Shown piece by piece: positions 1-9,462 of a stretch of 64,000 nucleotides of DNA (position 1 is the stretch's first letter; each line of letters begins with the position of its first letter). Below the pieces are notes generated by a model. The model was not told the DNA's origin and did not search any database. It saw nothing but the letters and a program-made list of their open reading frames with translations. The DNA is taken from assembly GCA_965262735.1 (NCBI GenBank), contig CBDHFS010000002.1:2034802-2098801 (forward strand). Reading direction: 5' to 3'. The DNA is from Dehalococcoidia bacterium. Its GTDB lineage: Bacteria > Chloroflexota > Dehalococcoidia > Lucifugimonadales > UBA3495. The translations under genes were made by a program, and so were the position numbers.

Positions 1-62
1 GAAACCGTCTTCGATCCCTGAGCCTGCTTAACCTGTTAGTCCAGTGGCCTTCCCCATCGTTA

Positions 63-88
63 GTCCTCAGGCTCTCGAAGGACTTCCC
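63..88 (-). repeat. REP-like hairpin element (consensus GGGAAGTCCTTCGAGRGCCTSAGGACGAACGG), reverse orientation
   Basis: gtcctcaggctctcgaaggacttccc. The same motif is read by eye at 600-624, 4225-4247, 5857-5887, 7397-7427, 25362-25392, 26536-26567 and 28118-28149. Confidence 0.7.
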
Positions 89-564
89 TATCGGTTCGCC
101 GACTCTCCGGCCTCATTCCAGAGGCGTCCGCCGATGGCCAGGGCAACAACCACGTACAGCGCATCAACTAGCGGGAAGTAAATGAGGTGCGACGTAACGG
201 CGTCGCCCGTTTCGCTGGCGGGATTCAGGGTCCAGAACCACTCCCAGAAGAACCACATAGTCAGGACGATGACCCCGTAGAAAATCAGGTTGACCCCCAC
301 CCGGTCCAGGGTGGATACGCTGCCCGCCTCCCGGTTTCCCAATGCCCGCTTCCAAACCAGGCCCACGACCAGAGCGACTAACACCGTCCCGGCCATGAAC
401 CAGTTCATAATCTCCCATAAGGGGTAATCGGGCGACCCGTCGTGGTACAGCGGCGTCACCGGCAGGTGGACCGCCACCACCACCCCGGTCAATACGAACC
501 AGGCTCCCAAAACCCGTTTCAACATATCCATAATGCTGTGCCACCTCCGTCGGGGCGGGTCCAT
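88..564 (-). CDS. hypothetical integral membrane protein
   Basis: 158-aa ORF with about four hydrophobic Trp/Phe-rich helices (LGAWFVLTGVVVAV, FMAGTVLVALVVGLV, LIFYGVIVLTMWFFWEWFW, LVDALYVVVALAIGG). No family recognised. Confidence 0.45.
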   Translation of the reverse strand: MDPPRRRWHSIMDMLKRVLGAWFVLTGVVVAVHLPVTPLYHDGSPDYPLWEIMNWFMAGTVLVALVVGLVWKRALGNREAGSVSTLDRVGVNLIFYGVIVLTMWFFWEWFWTLNPASETGDAVTSHLIYFPLVDALYVVVALAIGGRLWNEAGESANR

Positions 565-635
565 CTCAACCGTTCGTCCCCCGTCTCCCCCGGTGCAGGC
601 TCAGAGGCTATCGAAGGACTTCCCTGGGAATCGTC

Positions 636-1514
636 TCAGTCCTGCCCGTACCAGCCCGGATGGACCGCCTGAATGCCCAACTGCGGCCAGGCGGCCGGCG
701 CGCTGCATCGCTCCAGGCGCTCTTCCAGCGGCAGCGCGTCATCCCAGTTGTAGGCGATGATGCGGCGTCCGTTCCAGTGGCCCGCCTCGTCGGACGCAAC
801 CCAGACCACCGGCGACTGCATCACTTCGGGCTGGATGAGCGTGTTGGCGCTGGCCCCTTCCGGCGGCAGCACCATGTTGGTGGCCGTAGCCCCGCCCGGC
901 GTAACCACGTTGGCGGTAACTCCCGTCCCCTCCAGGTCCTGGGCCATAATGGCAACCAGGGCTTCGTGGCCGGCCTTGGAAGGCCCGTAGGGCGCGCCGC
1001 CCTTGCGCCACATGGTGTCCATGCTGGTCGTGACGCTGATAATGCGGCCGAATCCCTGTTGTATCATGTGACCGGCCACGGCGTGAGACATGATGAACGG
1101 CCCGCTCAGGTTCACGGCGATAACCCGCAGCCAGCCCGACGGTTCGATGTCCCAGAAGTCGGTGCGCCTGCCGGTGACTCCGGGAGCGGTGAACCCGCCG
1201 GAACGCAGGTTGATGCCGGCGTTGTTGACCAGGATGTGAAGCCCACCCATCTCGCGGATGGTACGTTCGACGGCCTGCGAAGCCGATTCCGGGTCGGTCA
1301 CGTCGGCGACAATGGGCAACACCGAGTTGTCACCGCCCAGCTCCCGCATATCGTTGGCCGTTTGGTCCAGCCAGTCTTCGTTGATGTCCAGCATGGCGAC
1401 GCGGGCCCCGGCCCGCACGAGGGCGGTGGTGATGGAACGGCCCATGCCGATGGGGCTGGCCGCTCCGGTGACGATGGCGACTTTGCCTTGCAAAACTCCC
1501 GGTGAAGTTGTCAT
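636..1514 (-). CDS. SDR family oxidoreductase (short-chain dehydrogenase/reductase)
   Basis: N-terminal Rossmann motif VTGAASPIGMG, NNAG motif, catalytic YGPSK (YxxxK). AGGGAG RBS lies upstream of the ATG. Confidence 0.85.
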   Translation of the reverse strand: MTTSPGVLQGKVAIVTGAASPIGMGRSITTALVRAGARVAMLDINEDWLDQTANDMRELGGDNSVLPIVADVTDPESASQAVERTIREMGGLHILVNNAGINLRSGGFTAPGVTGRRTDFWDIEPSGWLRVIAVNLSGPFIMSHAVAGHMIQQGFGRIISVTTSMDTMWRKGGAPYGPSKAGHEALVAIMAQDLEGTGVTANVVTPGGATATNMVLPPEGASANTLIQPEVMQSPVVWVASDEAGHWNGRRIIAYNWDDALPLEERLERCSAPAAWPQLGIQAVHPGWYGQD

Positions 1515-1972
1515 TGACCTGCTCCCTGTATTCTGCGCTCAAACCCCGGATATGCCGCCACGTATAATAGCGACGCCGGCGGGAAAATAGGTACCGCTCC
1601 CGGCGCCGCCATTATACGTGCCGTCTCTGCGCCCAACAAGGAAACCGTCAGGCGGGCAGAGAATACGCGAAGTCCCTCAATCCCGTAGGTCCGCGGACCT
1701 CGAAGGACAGGGCAATCGCGTTACGATTGTTTTCGCATAACGTGACACTTGCCCCTTTCCAACTCCGGCATCTCCCCGCTACCATATTTCTATTACTTTG
1801 GATTGGCCTGTGTGGGGCTGGCTTGCCGGGAGTTTTCCCGGGCCAATCGCGCTCCCATCGCACTCCCATCGCAAATGGACAGATTGGTTCCGTTGGCTTA
1901 TAGGCGGTGGGTAAAACCGCACCAAATTAGCAGTTCTGCTATACTTAAGCCCACAAACTGGAGACTGCATAA

Positions 1973-2401
1973 ATGTCGAAGGCGGGGCGGCTTCTTGACA
2001 AATACTGGGTTCTTTACTACGTGGTTTATGCAGGATTATCCGTATTTCATCTGATTCAATTATGGAACCGTCTGCCCCAAGAAAGCCGCTCCGACCGTGT
2101 AGTCGCCTTTTTCGGTACAACCGGTGCGCTGTCCGATGCGTTCGGGACCTCGGCTGGCATCGCCGTGTTGTTCCTAGTCTTTGTGGAAGGGATAGGACGT
2201 ATGGCTTTGCTCATTCCGGCAACGATTAAGAGAATCAAGCGGGAAGGGAAGCGGGAAGGGAAGCGGGAAGAACGCAGGGCATCCCGCCAACGCATGAAAG
2301 AGGCGTTGGAACGGTTCGGTGTTGAGCAAGACGGGGTTAAGCATCTTCCGATGACTCCCGAAGTCCAGGCTTTCCTGAATGTCGTTTCAGATCCCGATTG
2401 A
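1973..2401 (+). CDS. hypothetical membrane protein with Lys/Arg/Glu-rich C-terminal tail
   Basis: 142-aa ORF. Hydrophobic N-terminal half (YWVLYYVVYAGLSVFHLI, AGIAVLFLVFVEGIGRMALLIPA), then IKRIKREGKREGKREERRASRQRMKEALERFG. Its 3-prime part is duplicated downstream. Confidence 0.5.
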   Translation: MSKAGRLLDKYWVLYYVVYAGLSVFHLIQLWNRLPQESRSDRVVAFFGTTGALSDAFGTSAGIAVLFLVFVEGIGRMALLIPATIKRIKREGKREGKREERRASRQRMKEALERFGVEQDGVKHLPMTPEVQAFLNVVSDPD

Positions 2402-2634
2402 ACGGAACCTCGTCTTTGTGGAAGGGATAGGACGTATGGCTTTGCTCATTCCGGCAACGATTAAGAGAATCAAGCGGGAAGGGAAACGGGAAGAACGCAG
2501 GGCATCCCGCCAACGCATGAAAGAAGCATTGGAACGGTTCGGTGTTGAGCAAGACGGGGTTAGGAATCTTCCGATGACTCCCGAAGTCCAGGCTTTCCTG
2601 AATGCCGTTTCAGATTCCGATTGAGCGGAACCTC
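2177..2634 (+). repeat. tandem duplication (2 units of ~223-235 bp) covering the 3-prime cassette of the 1973-2401 gene
   Basis: gtctttgtggaagggataggacgtatggctttgctc... starts at 2177 and again at 2412. The copies differ by one 12-bp GCGGGAAGGGAA unit and a few substitutions. Confidence 0.9.
2436..2624 (+). CDS. free-standing tail cassette ORF (62 aa), duplicate of the C-terminus of the upstream gene
   Basis: ATG at 2436 preceded by GGAAGGGATAGG. Encodes MALLIPATIKRIKREGKREERRASRQRMKEALERFGVEQDGVRNLPMTPEVQAFLNAVSDSD. Translation is unproven. Confidence 0.35.
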   Translation: MALLIPATIKRIKREGKREERRASRQRMKEALERFGVEQDGVRNLPMTPEVQAFLNAVSDSD

Positions 2635-2764
2635 TGAGCCAATCCCGTTGCCTACAAGCAAACGGAACCGATAGATTGGCACAAAGTGAGACAGAAAAAA
2701 CTTCCAGGCCCAAAATCGCCGGACCTGTTTCTCTCCCTTCCAGGGGTGACAAAACCAGACATTG

Positions 2765-2844
2765 CCCGGACATTACCGGACAAGACCCGGACAAAAACCC
2801 TCAGCCCCCACGCTCAAATGTCCGAAAATGTCCGCTTTTGTCCG
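2765..2844. promoter_or_regulatory. array of six phased CGGACA half-sites (3 forward, 25-bp spacer, 3 reverse)
   Basis: CGGACA at 2767, 2777 and 2788. TGTCCG at 2819, 2829 and 2839, exactly 10-bp spaced. Function unknown. Confidence 0.4.
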
Positions 2845-3149
2845 ATATTCTCAGCGTTTCCGCCTCCCCAACCGACAATTGGGCTGCGTCGCGGGCCGGC
2901 GGCAGCCAGACAATGATGGCTGGGAGCGGCAACGATTCCCCGGTCTCCCCAAGGGCAGTCTCAAAAACACCGGCGAACTTGAAGGGCGTACCACCTGGAA
3001 GAGGCGCCAATTTTGCGCCCGATTTATAACGCCTTTGCCCTGCTTCCTCGTTGAATCCATGTTGAATCCCTCCAGAGCCGCCTTTATACTGCCCCCCAGT
3101 CTGGAAGACCCGCGCCGCGGGCCCAACGCCCGCAACGGTTGGAGGCAGG

Positions 3150-4202
3150 ATGCGCTTCGGTCATTTTTTCTATCCGATGAAGTTCGACGACTCCCGCGAC
3201 GAGGAGGCTATTCAGGAGTGTTTGGCCGAGGCTGAGCTGGTTGAAAAGCTGGGGTTCGACGCTATATGGCTTGCCGAACATTACTTCACCGGCGAATGTG
3301 TCTACGGTGACCCCCTGGTCTTCGCCGGCGCCCTGGCGGTTAAGACCAAGAGCATCGAAATCGGATTCGGCATCCTGGAACTGCCCTTGCACAACCCGGT
3401 GCGGGTGGCGATTCAGACCGCCCTGCTGGACAACCTCTGCCAGGGACGGTTGATCGTCGGTACTGCCAAAGGCTCCAACTACAACGCCTACGAGTACATC
3501 GGGTTTGGTTCCAACCCCGCCCTGGGCGTCGAGCAGTTGGAAGAGGCCGAGGAGTTGCTGGTCAAGGCGTGGACTACCGACAACGTGGACTTCCAGGGCA
3601 AGCACTACCAGGTCTCGTTTCCGTCGGTTCGGCCCCGTCCCTATCAGAAACCCCATCCGCGGCTGACCCGGGCCTGCGTCAACGAGGAATCCATCAAAGA
3701 AATGGGACGCATCGGCCGGCCCATCCTGTTGCGGGGCCGCTCCACCAACTCCACGGCGGCCAGCATCCGCCTGTACCGGGACACCATGCAGGAAGCCGGG
3801 TTTGACGACGCTGCCATCGAACGCAACCTCGACCAGATTTGGGTCTGGCGGGAGATGCACCTGGCAGCCACCGACGAGCAGGCCCTGGGCGAATTTATCC
3901 CCGCCCAGCACGAGGCCTACACCAAAATGGAGGCTTACCGCACCGGCTGGAACCCGGCGGAGTACCTTATGGACCGGCAGGCCCCGCCGATGGGCCGCGA
4001 GGGGTACGCTGACGCGCCGGACCCGGACGCCTCGGAAAACGTGGTCGGCGGTCCCGACCGTGTTGCGGAACAACTGGCCCAAATGCGCGACGCGGGCATT
4101 CGCAACCTGATGCTCACCAACCGGGGCCTCATGTCCCCCGAACAGACCACAGCATCCCTCAAGCTGTTCAGCGAACGGGTCATGCCCCTCTTCCGCGACT
4201 AA
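3150..4202 (+). CDS. LLM class flavin-dependent oxidoreductase (luciferase-like monooxygenase)
   Basis: 350 aa. MRFGHFFYP start, GFDAIWLAEHYF, and a length and layout typical of luciferase-like monooxygenases. Confidence 0.8.
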   Translation: MRFGHFFYPMKFDDSRDEEAIQECLAEAELVEKLGFDAIWLAEHYFTGECVYGDPLVFAGALAVKTKSIEIGFGILELPLHNPVRVAIQTALLDNLCQGRLIVGTAKGSNYNAYEYIGFGSNPALGVEQLEEAEELLVKAWTTDNVDFQGKHYQVSFPSVRPRPYQKPHPRLTRACVNEESIKEMGRIGRPILLRGRSTNSTAASIRLYRDTMQEAGFDDAAIERNLDQIWVWREMHLAATDEQALGEFIPAQHEAYTKMEAYRTGWNPAEYLMDRQAPPMGREGYADAPDPDASENVVGGPDRVAEQLAQMRDAGIRNLMLTNRGLMSPEQTTASLKLFSERVMPLFRD

Positions 4203-4355
4203 AGGATTCGCTCAAACCATTCGCCCTGAGACCTTCGAAGGATTTCCTTATCCATGCCTGAAAAACCCTGTACCCGTCAGAATCGCATTAACCACAGAAC
4301 CAATGTGACCAATACCGGGCTGGGGGAGCAGGCTGGGGAAGCACGCTAGGATGCG

Positions 4356-5825
4356 ATGCGGCGAATGACCGGCTACTATTTGTATATTCTGGTTGGCTTG
4401 GTCCTGGCCTGCGTGGTGGTCGTGGGGTGCGCGGCTGAGCCGGCGGCGGAAGCTCCGGCATCCGCCCCAACCGTTTCCGGCGTTTCCGGCGAACTACCGC
4501 AGTCAACAACCCCGCAGTCAACAACCCCGGCCGCGCCCGTGTCCGCCGCATCGCTGCCTGCCGAAAGCAGCCCAGCGGCCACAGAAGCGCATCCAAACGC
4601 TACTTCAAACGCTACTTCCGCCACCGCATTCGTGGATTCCGGGAAACGCGACCTGCTGGCGCTATTGGCCCTAGCCTACACTCGTGAGCTGGCCGAAGAT
4701 TTAGGTCCCAGAGAAAGCGCGACGGCGCAGGAGTTTAAGGCCGCCGAGCATCTGCTGGCCCGTCTTACCGGGTTGGGTTACGACCCGGAGTTGCAGGAGT
4801 TTGAGGAGAAGTCCCAAACGGCCGAATTGACCATCAACGCTGCGGAAGACGCGGAGACGGATTCCGAGTCGGTCCGTACCTCGCCTCTTAACGGCTCCGT
4901 GGCGGGGGATGTCTCTGGTCAGCTCGAGTTTGTAGGGCTGGCCAAAGCCGAGGACATTCCTGCCGAAGGGCTGGACGGCAAGATAGCCCTCATCGAGCGG
5001 GGCGGGATTACCTTTGGCAGCAAGGTGGAACAAGTGGCCGGCGCCGGCGCGGTGGCGGCGGTGATTTTCAACCGGGAATCAGGCGGGTTCCAGGGAACCC
5101 TGCGAGGGGAGAGCGCAATCCCCGCCGTCGCGATTTCCCGGGAAGCCGGGGCCAAACTGCGAGAGCTAATGTCCCGGCCTGACTTTGAGGTTTCCGTCGC
5201 GGTTCAGGAGACAGTGGAGCCTTCCCGGAATGTCATTGCCGAGCTGCCTGGAACCGGGGAAGGAGTAGTGGTCGTGGGAGCGCATTACGACACGGTCCCG
5301 GGGGTTAGCGGGGCCAATGACAACGCTTCCGGCGTTGGGGCGCTGCTGGTGTTGGCCGGGGAGTTGGCCGATAGGCCGTTCCCGTTCACCCTGCGGTTCA
5401 TAGCCTTCGGGTCCGAGGAGACCGGGCTGAATGGCAGCAGGCATTACGTGGACTCGTTGACCGACGAGGGACTTGACGAGATCAAGGCCATGATCAACCT
5501 CGACGTCATCGGCGCTGGGGAGGAACTTCGAGTGACCGGCGACCGGTGGCTGACCCGTCACGTATCGGAAGCCGCGGCGAGGGAAGGCATCGCCCTTGGC
5601 GTCAGCAGGGGTTCGAGGCGCGGCGGCAGCGACCACGCCAGCTTTCGGGATGCCTGGGTCCCGGTTATCTTCTTCTACGCCGACGACATGTCGCGCATCC
5701 ACACCCCCGACGACACGATGGAATTTGTCAGCCCCGGGCTTTTGGGCGAAACCGTTGTCTTGGTGCTGGACCTGCTGGAGTCTCTTGATGACTTGCGCGC
5801 CAGCCCGGTTTCCGGCCCTGGTTAA
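4356..5825 (+). CDS. M28 family metallopeptidase with PA domain, probable lipoprotein
   Basis: Signal/lipobox LVLACVVVVGC. PA-domain-like insert. M28 motifs VVVGAHYDTV, GANDNASGVGALL, FIAFGSEETGLNGSRHY, SDHASF. Confidence 0.85.
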   Translation: MRRMTGYYLYILVGLVLACVVVVGCAAEPAAEAPASAPTVSGVSGELPQSTTPQSTTPAAPVSAASLPAESSPAATEAHPNATSNATSATAFVDSGKRDLLALLALAYTRELAEDLGPRESATAQEFKAAEHLLARLTGLGYDPELQEFEEKSQTAELTINAAEDAETDSESVRTSPLNGSVAGDVSGQLEFVGLAKAEDIPAEGLDGKIALIERGGITFGSKVEQVAGAGAVAAVIFNRESGGFQGTLRGESAIPAVAISREAGAKLRELMSRPDFEVSVAVQETVEPSRNVIAELPGTGEGVVVVGAHYDTVPGVSGANDNASGVGALLVLAGELADRPFPFTLRFIAFGSEETGLNGSRHYVDSLTDEGLDEIKAMINLDVIGAGEELRVTGDRWLTRHVSEAAAREGIALGVSRGSRRGGSDHASFRDAWVPVIFFYADDMSRIHTPDDTMEFVSPGLLGETVVLVLDLLESLDDLRASPVSGPG

Positions 5826-5856
5826 TGCGGACTGACGTACGCGGACTGATGTACGC

Positions 5857-5887
5857 GGAAGTCCTTCGAGGGCCTCGGGACGAACGG
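5857..5887 (+). repeat. REP-like hairpin element
   Basis: ggaagtccttcgagggcctcgggacgaacgg, preceded by a 14-bp tandem duplication gcggactgaYgtac (5827-5854). Confidence 0.7.
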
Positions 5888-6213
5888 GTTAAATGGGCAA
5901 CTTGTAGCCCGAATGAAAGACCCTGCCGGCCAATCACCAGGCCGTTGAAAAAGGTTTTCTGCGGCTTTACACTTCCTCACGTGCTGCCAACCTCTGTAAA
6001 ACAACTTCCTCTTTTCTCCACCGGATTCACTTAAGCCCGGGACCGTGGGGCCTGTACTTGCAGGCGGTCCCTTGGGCCATTGTGCCGCTGACCATCCCGG
6101 CTCCGGCGTTCCTTCCCCAAGACCCTTAGCAGTCGCCCCCAAGGTATTCCGTTGGATTACCCTGCCGTCTCCGCGCATTCGACGGCTCACCAACTTTTCG
6201 CTAGGGTTTTGTT

Positions 6214-6990
6214 TTGGAAGTTTTGCGTTGCCTCCCCAGATTCGTTCTGGTCAATGCTGTCTTGCTCTTGCTTCTGCTTGGCGTCCCAGCGTGTGCTTCC
6301 GGAGATGATGCTCCGGTCCTGAAGGTGGGGGAATCCCCGATCAGGACACGGTCCGGTTGGCCCGGCGGTACGAGTCCTTCACCAAGTACCTGTCCGACGA
6401 GTTGGACGTGCCGGTGGAATTCGTCCCCAGCGTGGACTACGCTGCTGTGGTGACGGCGTTTTCGCAAAATGAGCTGCAACTGGCCTTCTTCGGAGGTCTG
6501 ACCGGGGTGCAGGCCCGCCTGCAAAACCCCGGGGCGCTGGCCATTGCCCGGCGGGAAAACGACGCCAGGTTTCATTCCAAGTTTATCGCCCGGGCCGACT
6601 TGCCCCTGGAGTCGCTGGAGGATCTGAAAGGGCGGGCCGGCGACCTGACCATTACCTTCGGCAGCCCCAGTTCCACCTCCGGGCACCTGATGCCCCGGCA
6701 TTTCCTGGTCGAGGCCGGCATTGACGCCGACACCGGCTTTCGCGAGGAACCCAGCTTCTCCGGCTCCCACGACACCACCTGGCAGTTGGTGGAGAGCGGC
6801 GCTTTCGACGTCGGCGCGCTGAACGAGGACGTTTGGGACCGGGCAGTGCGCGAGGGTAAGGTGGACACGGCCAGGGCGCGCGAGTTCTACACCACCCCGG
6901 ACTATTACGACTACAACTGGACGGTGCGGGGCGACCTGGATGAGTCCTACGGCAGCGACTTCACCAGCAAAGTGCAGCAGGCCCTCTGTC
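6214..6990 (+). pseudogene. phnD: phosphonate ABC transporter substrate-binding protein PhnD, frameshifted and 3-prime truncated
   Basis: Frame 1 gives a lipoprotein signal (LLLLLLGVPACASG..VLKVG). Frame 3 continues IPDQDTVRLARRYESFTKYLSDELDVPVEFVPSVDYAAVVTAF..LQLAFFGG. The frames join only if the G5 run 6327-6331 gains one G. Homology ends near KVQQAL (~6985). Confidence 0.7.
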
Positions 6991-7384
6991 CTCCGGCATT
7001 TTGCCCGGGGCGGTCGCTCTGGGGCTGCACAACTACGGCGTCGTGGGTCGGTTGACCGCCGAAGTTGTGGAAAACCTGAACCCCGCCCCGGCTCGGGCGC
7101 TGCGGTCCAGCGGGGCCGGCAACCTGCAAGTCCTGCTGTACGGAATACTTCCCCAGGCGCTGCCCCAGTTCATCACCTACCTGCTGTATCGCTGGGAGGT
7201 GATAATCCGGACGACGGTGGTGGTGGGATTTGTCAGCGCCGGTGGATTGGGCCGGGAGTTTATTCTGCGGCTTAGCTGGTTCCACTACACCGACGTGACG
7301 CTGATTATCGTCTGGTACCTGCTGCTGGTGGTCGGGGTGGACTTGCTCAGCGGCTGGCTGCGCCGTTTAGCCCGGCCTGACTGA
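6980..7384 (+). pseudogene. phnE: C-terminal half of phosphonate ABC permease PhnE (remnant)
   Basis: GILPGAVALGLHNYGVVGRL...LYGILPQALPQFITYLLYRWEVIIRTTVVVGFVSAGGLG matches the PhnE C-terminal half. There is no start codon. The N-terminal half and the ATPase gene are missing. Confidence 0.7.
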
Positions 7385-7483
7385 GTAGGGCGGGTAGGGA
7401 AGTCCTTCGAGAGCATCAGGACGAACGACCGGACGGGGACAAAGAGGTTGCCCCCTTGGTGAATGCGGGAGCCGAACGGCGCG

Positions 7484-8254
7484 TTAGTAGAACTGGACGG
7501 GGTAGATGACCTGAATGACCCGGCTTTGCTGGAGGGCTTCGAAGTAGGAGTGGGAACCCTCAGGGTTTTGCAACCAGCGCCGTGTGAAGTAGGCGCACAG
7601 GTTGGCGAGCTGGGTGCATACCGAGTGTTCCGCGGATACGTAGCAGAAGTTCTCCAGGACGGCGGGGGAGGGAATCTCGACCTCGTTGCGGAGGAACTGG
7701 TTCATAAACTGGGGGTCAATGGACTTGCCCTCCCCTGCGACCACCAGGCTGTAGTCCTTGATGGACAGGTCGGCTTCCATGTACCGCTCTGGGTCCACGT
7801 CCGCCACGCTCAGCTCGTCCACGTACAAATTCAGGGCGAACAGAAATTTGCTGATGGTGATTTCCGACGGGCTGCCCAGAAAGGCGTAGGGGCTGTCCTC
7901 CCGGCCCTTGGCGGTGGCAAATTCCTGCTTGTCTATGTAGGAGATGATGGCCGGAGTTTCGCGGCGCATCAGGATGTTAAGGCAGTCCTGGATTAGCTCG
8001 GCGCGTTTTACCGGACTCCAGGAGTTGAAGAAGCCGGTGCCCTGGTAGATTTGGGAAGGCTTTAACTCGCGGGGGGCGCCCGATTCACCCAGGGGATTGC
8101 CGAAGTGCCGGCGGCAAAGGGCGTTGAACTCGCCGTTGATGGAAATGCACTGCCCTTCGTGGACGATGAGGCCCAGATGGACGTGGTGCTTCTGATTGGC
8201 GTCGCCCAGGCTGGCGCCGGTGTCGCCGGATTCCCCCATGTAAATCAGGTACAT
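7484..8254 (-). CDS. DUF3800-like protein
   Basis: 256 aa starting MYLIYMGESGDTG, resembling the YiDESG start of DUF3800 but with Gly for Asp. Otherwise unrecognised. Confidence 0.4.
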   Translation of the reverse strand: MYLIYMGESGDTGASLGDANQKHHVHLGLIVHEGQCISINGEFNALCRRHFGNPLGESGAPRELKPSQIYQGTGFFNSWSPVKRAELIQDCLNILMRRETPAIISYIDKQEFATAKGREDSPYAFLGSPSEITISKFLFALNLYVDELSVADVDPERYMEADLSIKDYSLVVAGEGKSIDPQFMNQFLRNEVEIPSPAVLENFCYVSAEHSVCTQLANLCAYFTRRWLQNPEGSHSYFEALQQSRVIQVIYPVQFY

Positions 8255-8356
8255 ATTCAGCCTCCAGAATATGGTGGGCGACTGCGGGACGCTTTCGGTG
8301 GCGACCCGCGCCGGGACACGGCAGCGAAACCGGGCACACCGGCCGCAGGCGGTTTA

Positions 8357-8995
8357 CTACTCCGCGTCGGGTTGTTCCGCAGCTTCCTCGGGCATATCGC
8401 CTCCGGCGGCCTCGACTCTGGCCACTATGTCTTCACCGTCGGTGAGGACGGTTACCGCAGATGACAGGGTGATGTCGGCCACCCGGATCACGGCTTCGAC
8501 GGAGTCCAGGGTTTGCAGATCAAAGACGACTTCGGAGGGGATGTCCAGAGGAAGGGCTTCCACCGTCAACTCCCGCAGCAGTTGTACGACCAAGTGGCCG
8601 GTGGGGGCATCGCCGGACAGGTTGATGGGCACCTGCGCCGTGGCCCGCACGGTGGAGCTCACGGCCATGAAGTCTACGTGCAGGATGTCGCCGCGGACCG
8701 GATGCCATTGAACTTCCCGGGGGAAGGTCAACTGCTCACCGGTTTCCCCATCCACCGTGATGACAATGGCGGTGGTCCCGCCGGACTCGGACAAGACCCG
8801 CAGGACTTCCCGCTGTTGGCATTGCAACGGACGCGAGTCCATGCCTGGGCCGTACAGGTGCATGGGGATGATGCCGGCCCGCCTCAACTGCTTAACTTTT
8901 TTGCCCAGGACTGTCCTGGGTTGTAGCGCCAATCTAACCGCCTCGGTGGTCATGGGGAAACTGCTCCTTGAAATAACCGGAAATGGGGTTGGCAC
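8357..8995 (-). CDS. rplY: 50S ribosomal protein L25/general stress protein Ctc
   Basis: RTVLGKKVKQLRRAGIIPMHLYG plus an acidic C-terminal tail. The true start may be the internal ATG at 8953 (MTTEAVRLALQPR). Confidence 0.85.
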   Translation of the reverse strand: MPTPFPVISRSSFPMTTEAVRLALQPRTVLGKKVKQLRRAGIIPMHLYGPGMDSRPLQCQQREVLRVLSESGGTTAIVITVDGETGEQLTFPREVQWHPVRGDILHVDFMAVSSTVRATAQVPINLSGDAPTGHLVVQLLRELTVEALPLDIPSEVVFDLQTLDSVEAVIRVADITLSSAVTVLTDGEDIVARVEAAGGDMPEEAAEQPDAE

Positions 8996-9075
8996 GGGGT
9001 CGCTGGTTCACCGGCCCGCCAGCCAGCGTATATGATAGCACTGCACTACCGGAAAGGAAACCTCAGCAGCGGCGT

Positions 9076-9225
9076 GTAACAGTTCAGACTTGGTGAGATG
9101 AAGATGAATTGGTTTCAGCCAACTGCGACTATTTTCAGGGGGTTTGGGGGATGAATCCCCCAACGTAACCCAACCCCCATATTCCGCCATCAGCCACTCC
9201 GCTCCCCTCAACCCTGAACAGTTAC
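9076..9225 (+). mobile_element. MITE copy A (GTAACWGTTCAG terminal inverted repeats)
   Basis: Starts gtaacagttcagacttgg and ends ccctgaacagttac. Flanked by the 8-bp direct duplication agcggcgt (9068-9075 and 9226-9233). Confidence 0.85.
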
Positions 9226-9462
9226 AGCGGCGTCTACCGGCGGCTTTCATACTCTGAAGTTGTCGGGGAATCTGTTCGTGGTGAGCTTGTCCAACCACAG
9301 GCGGACGGCCTTCGGCAGGCTCGGTGCGGACAGGTCAACCGGACAGGTCAACAAGGAAGTCTCTTTAACCTTTTCCAGGCCCCTATAGCAAGCCTGGGAC
9401 ACGGAGGGAGCCGACCGGGGCATGGGAGAAAGGGGGCTGTTTGACGTTTCCTTTTGCGGGGC

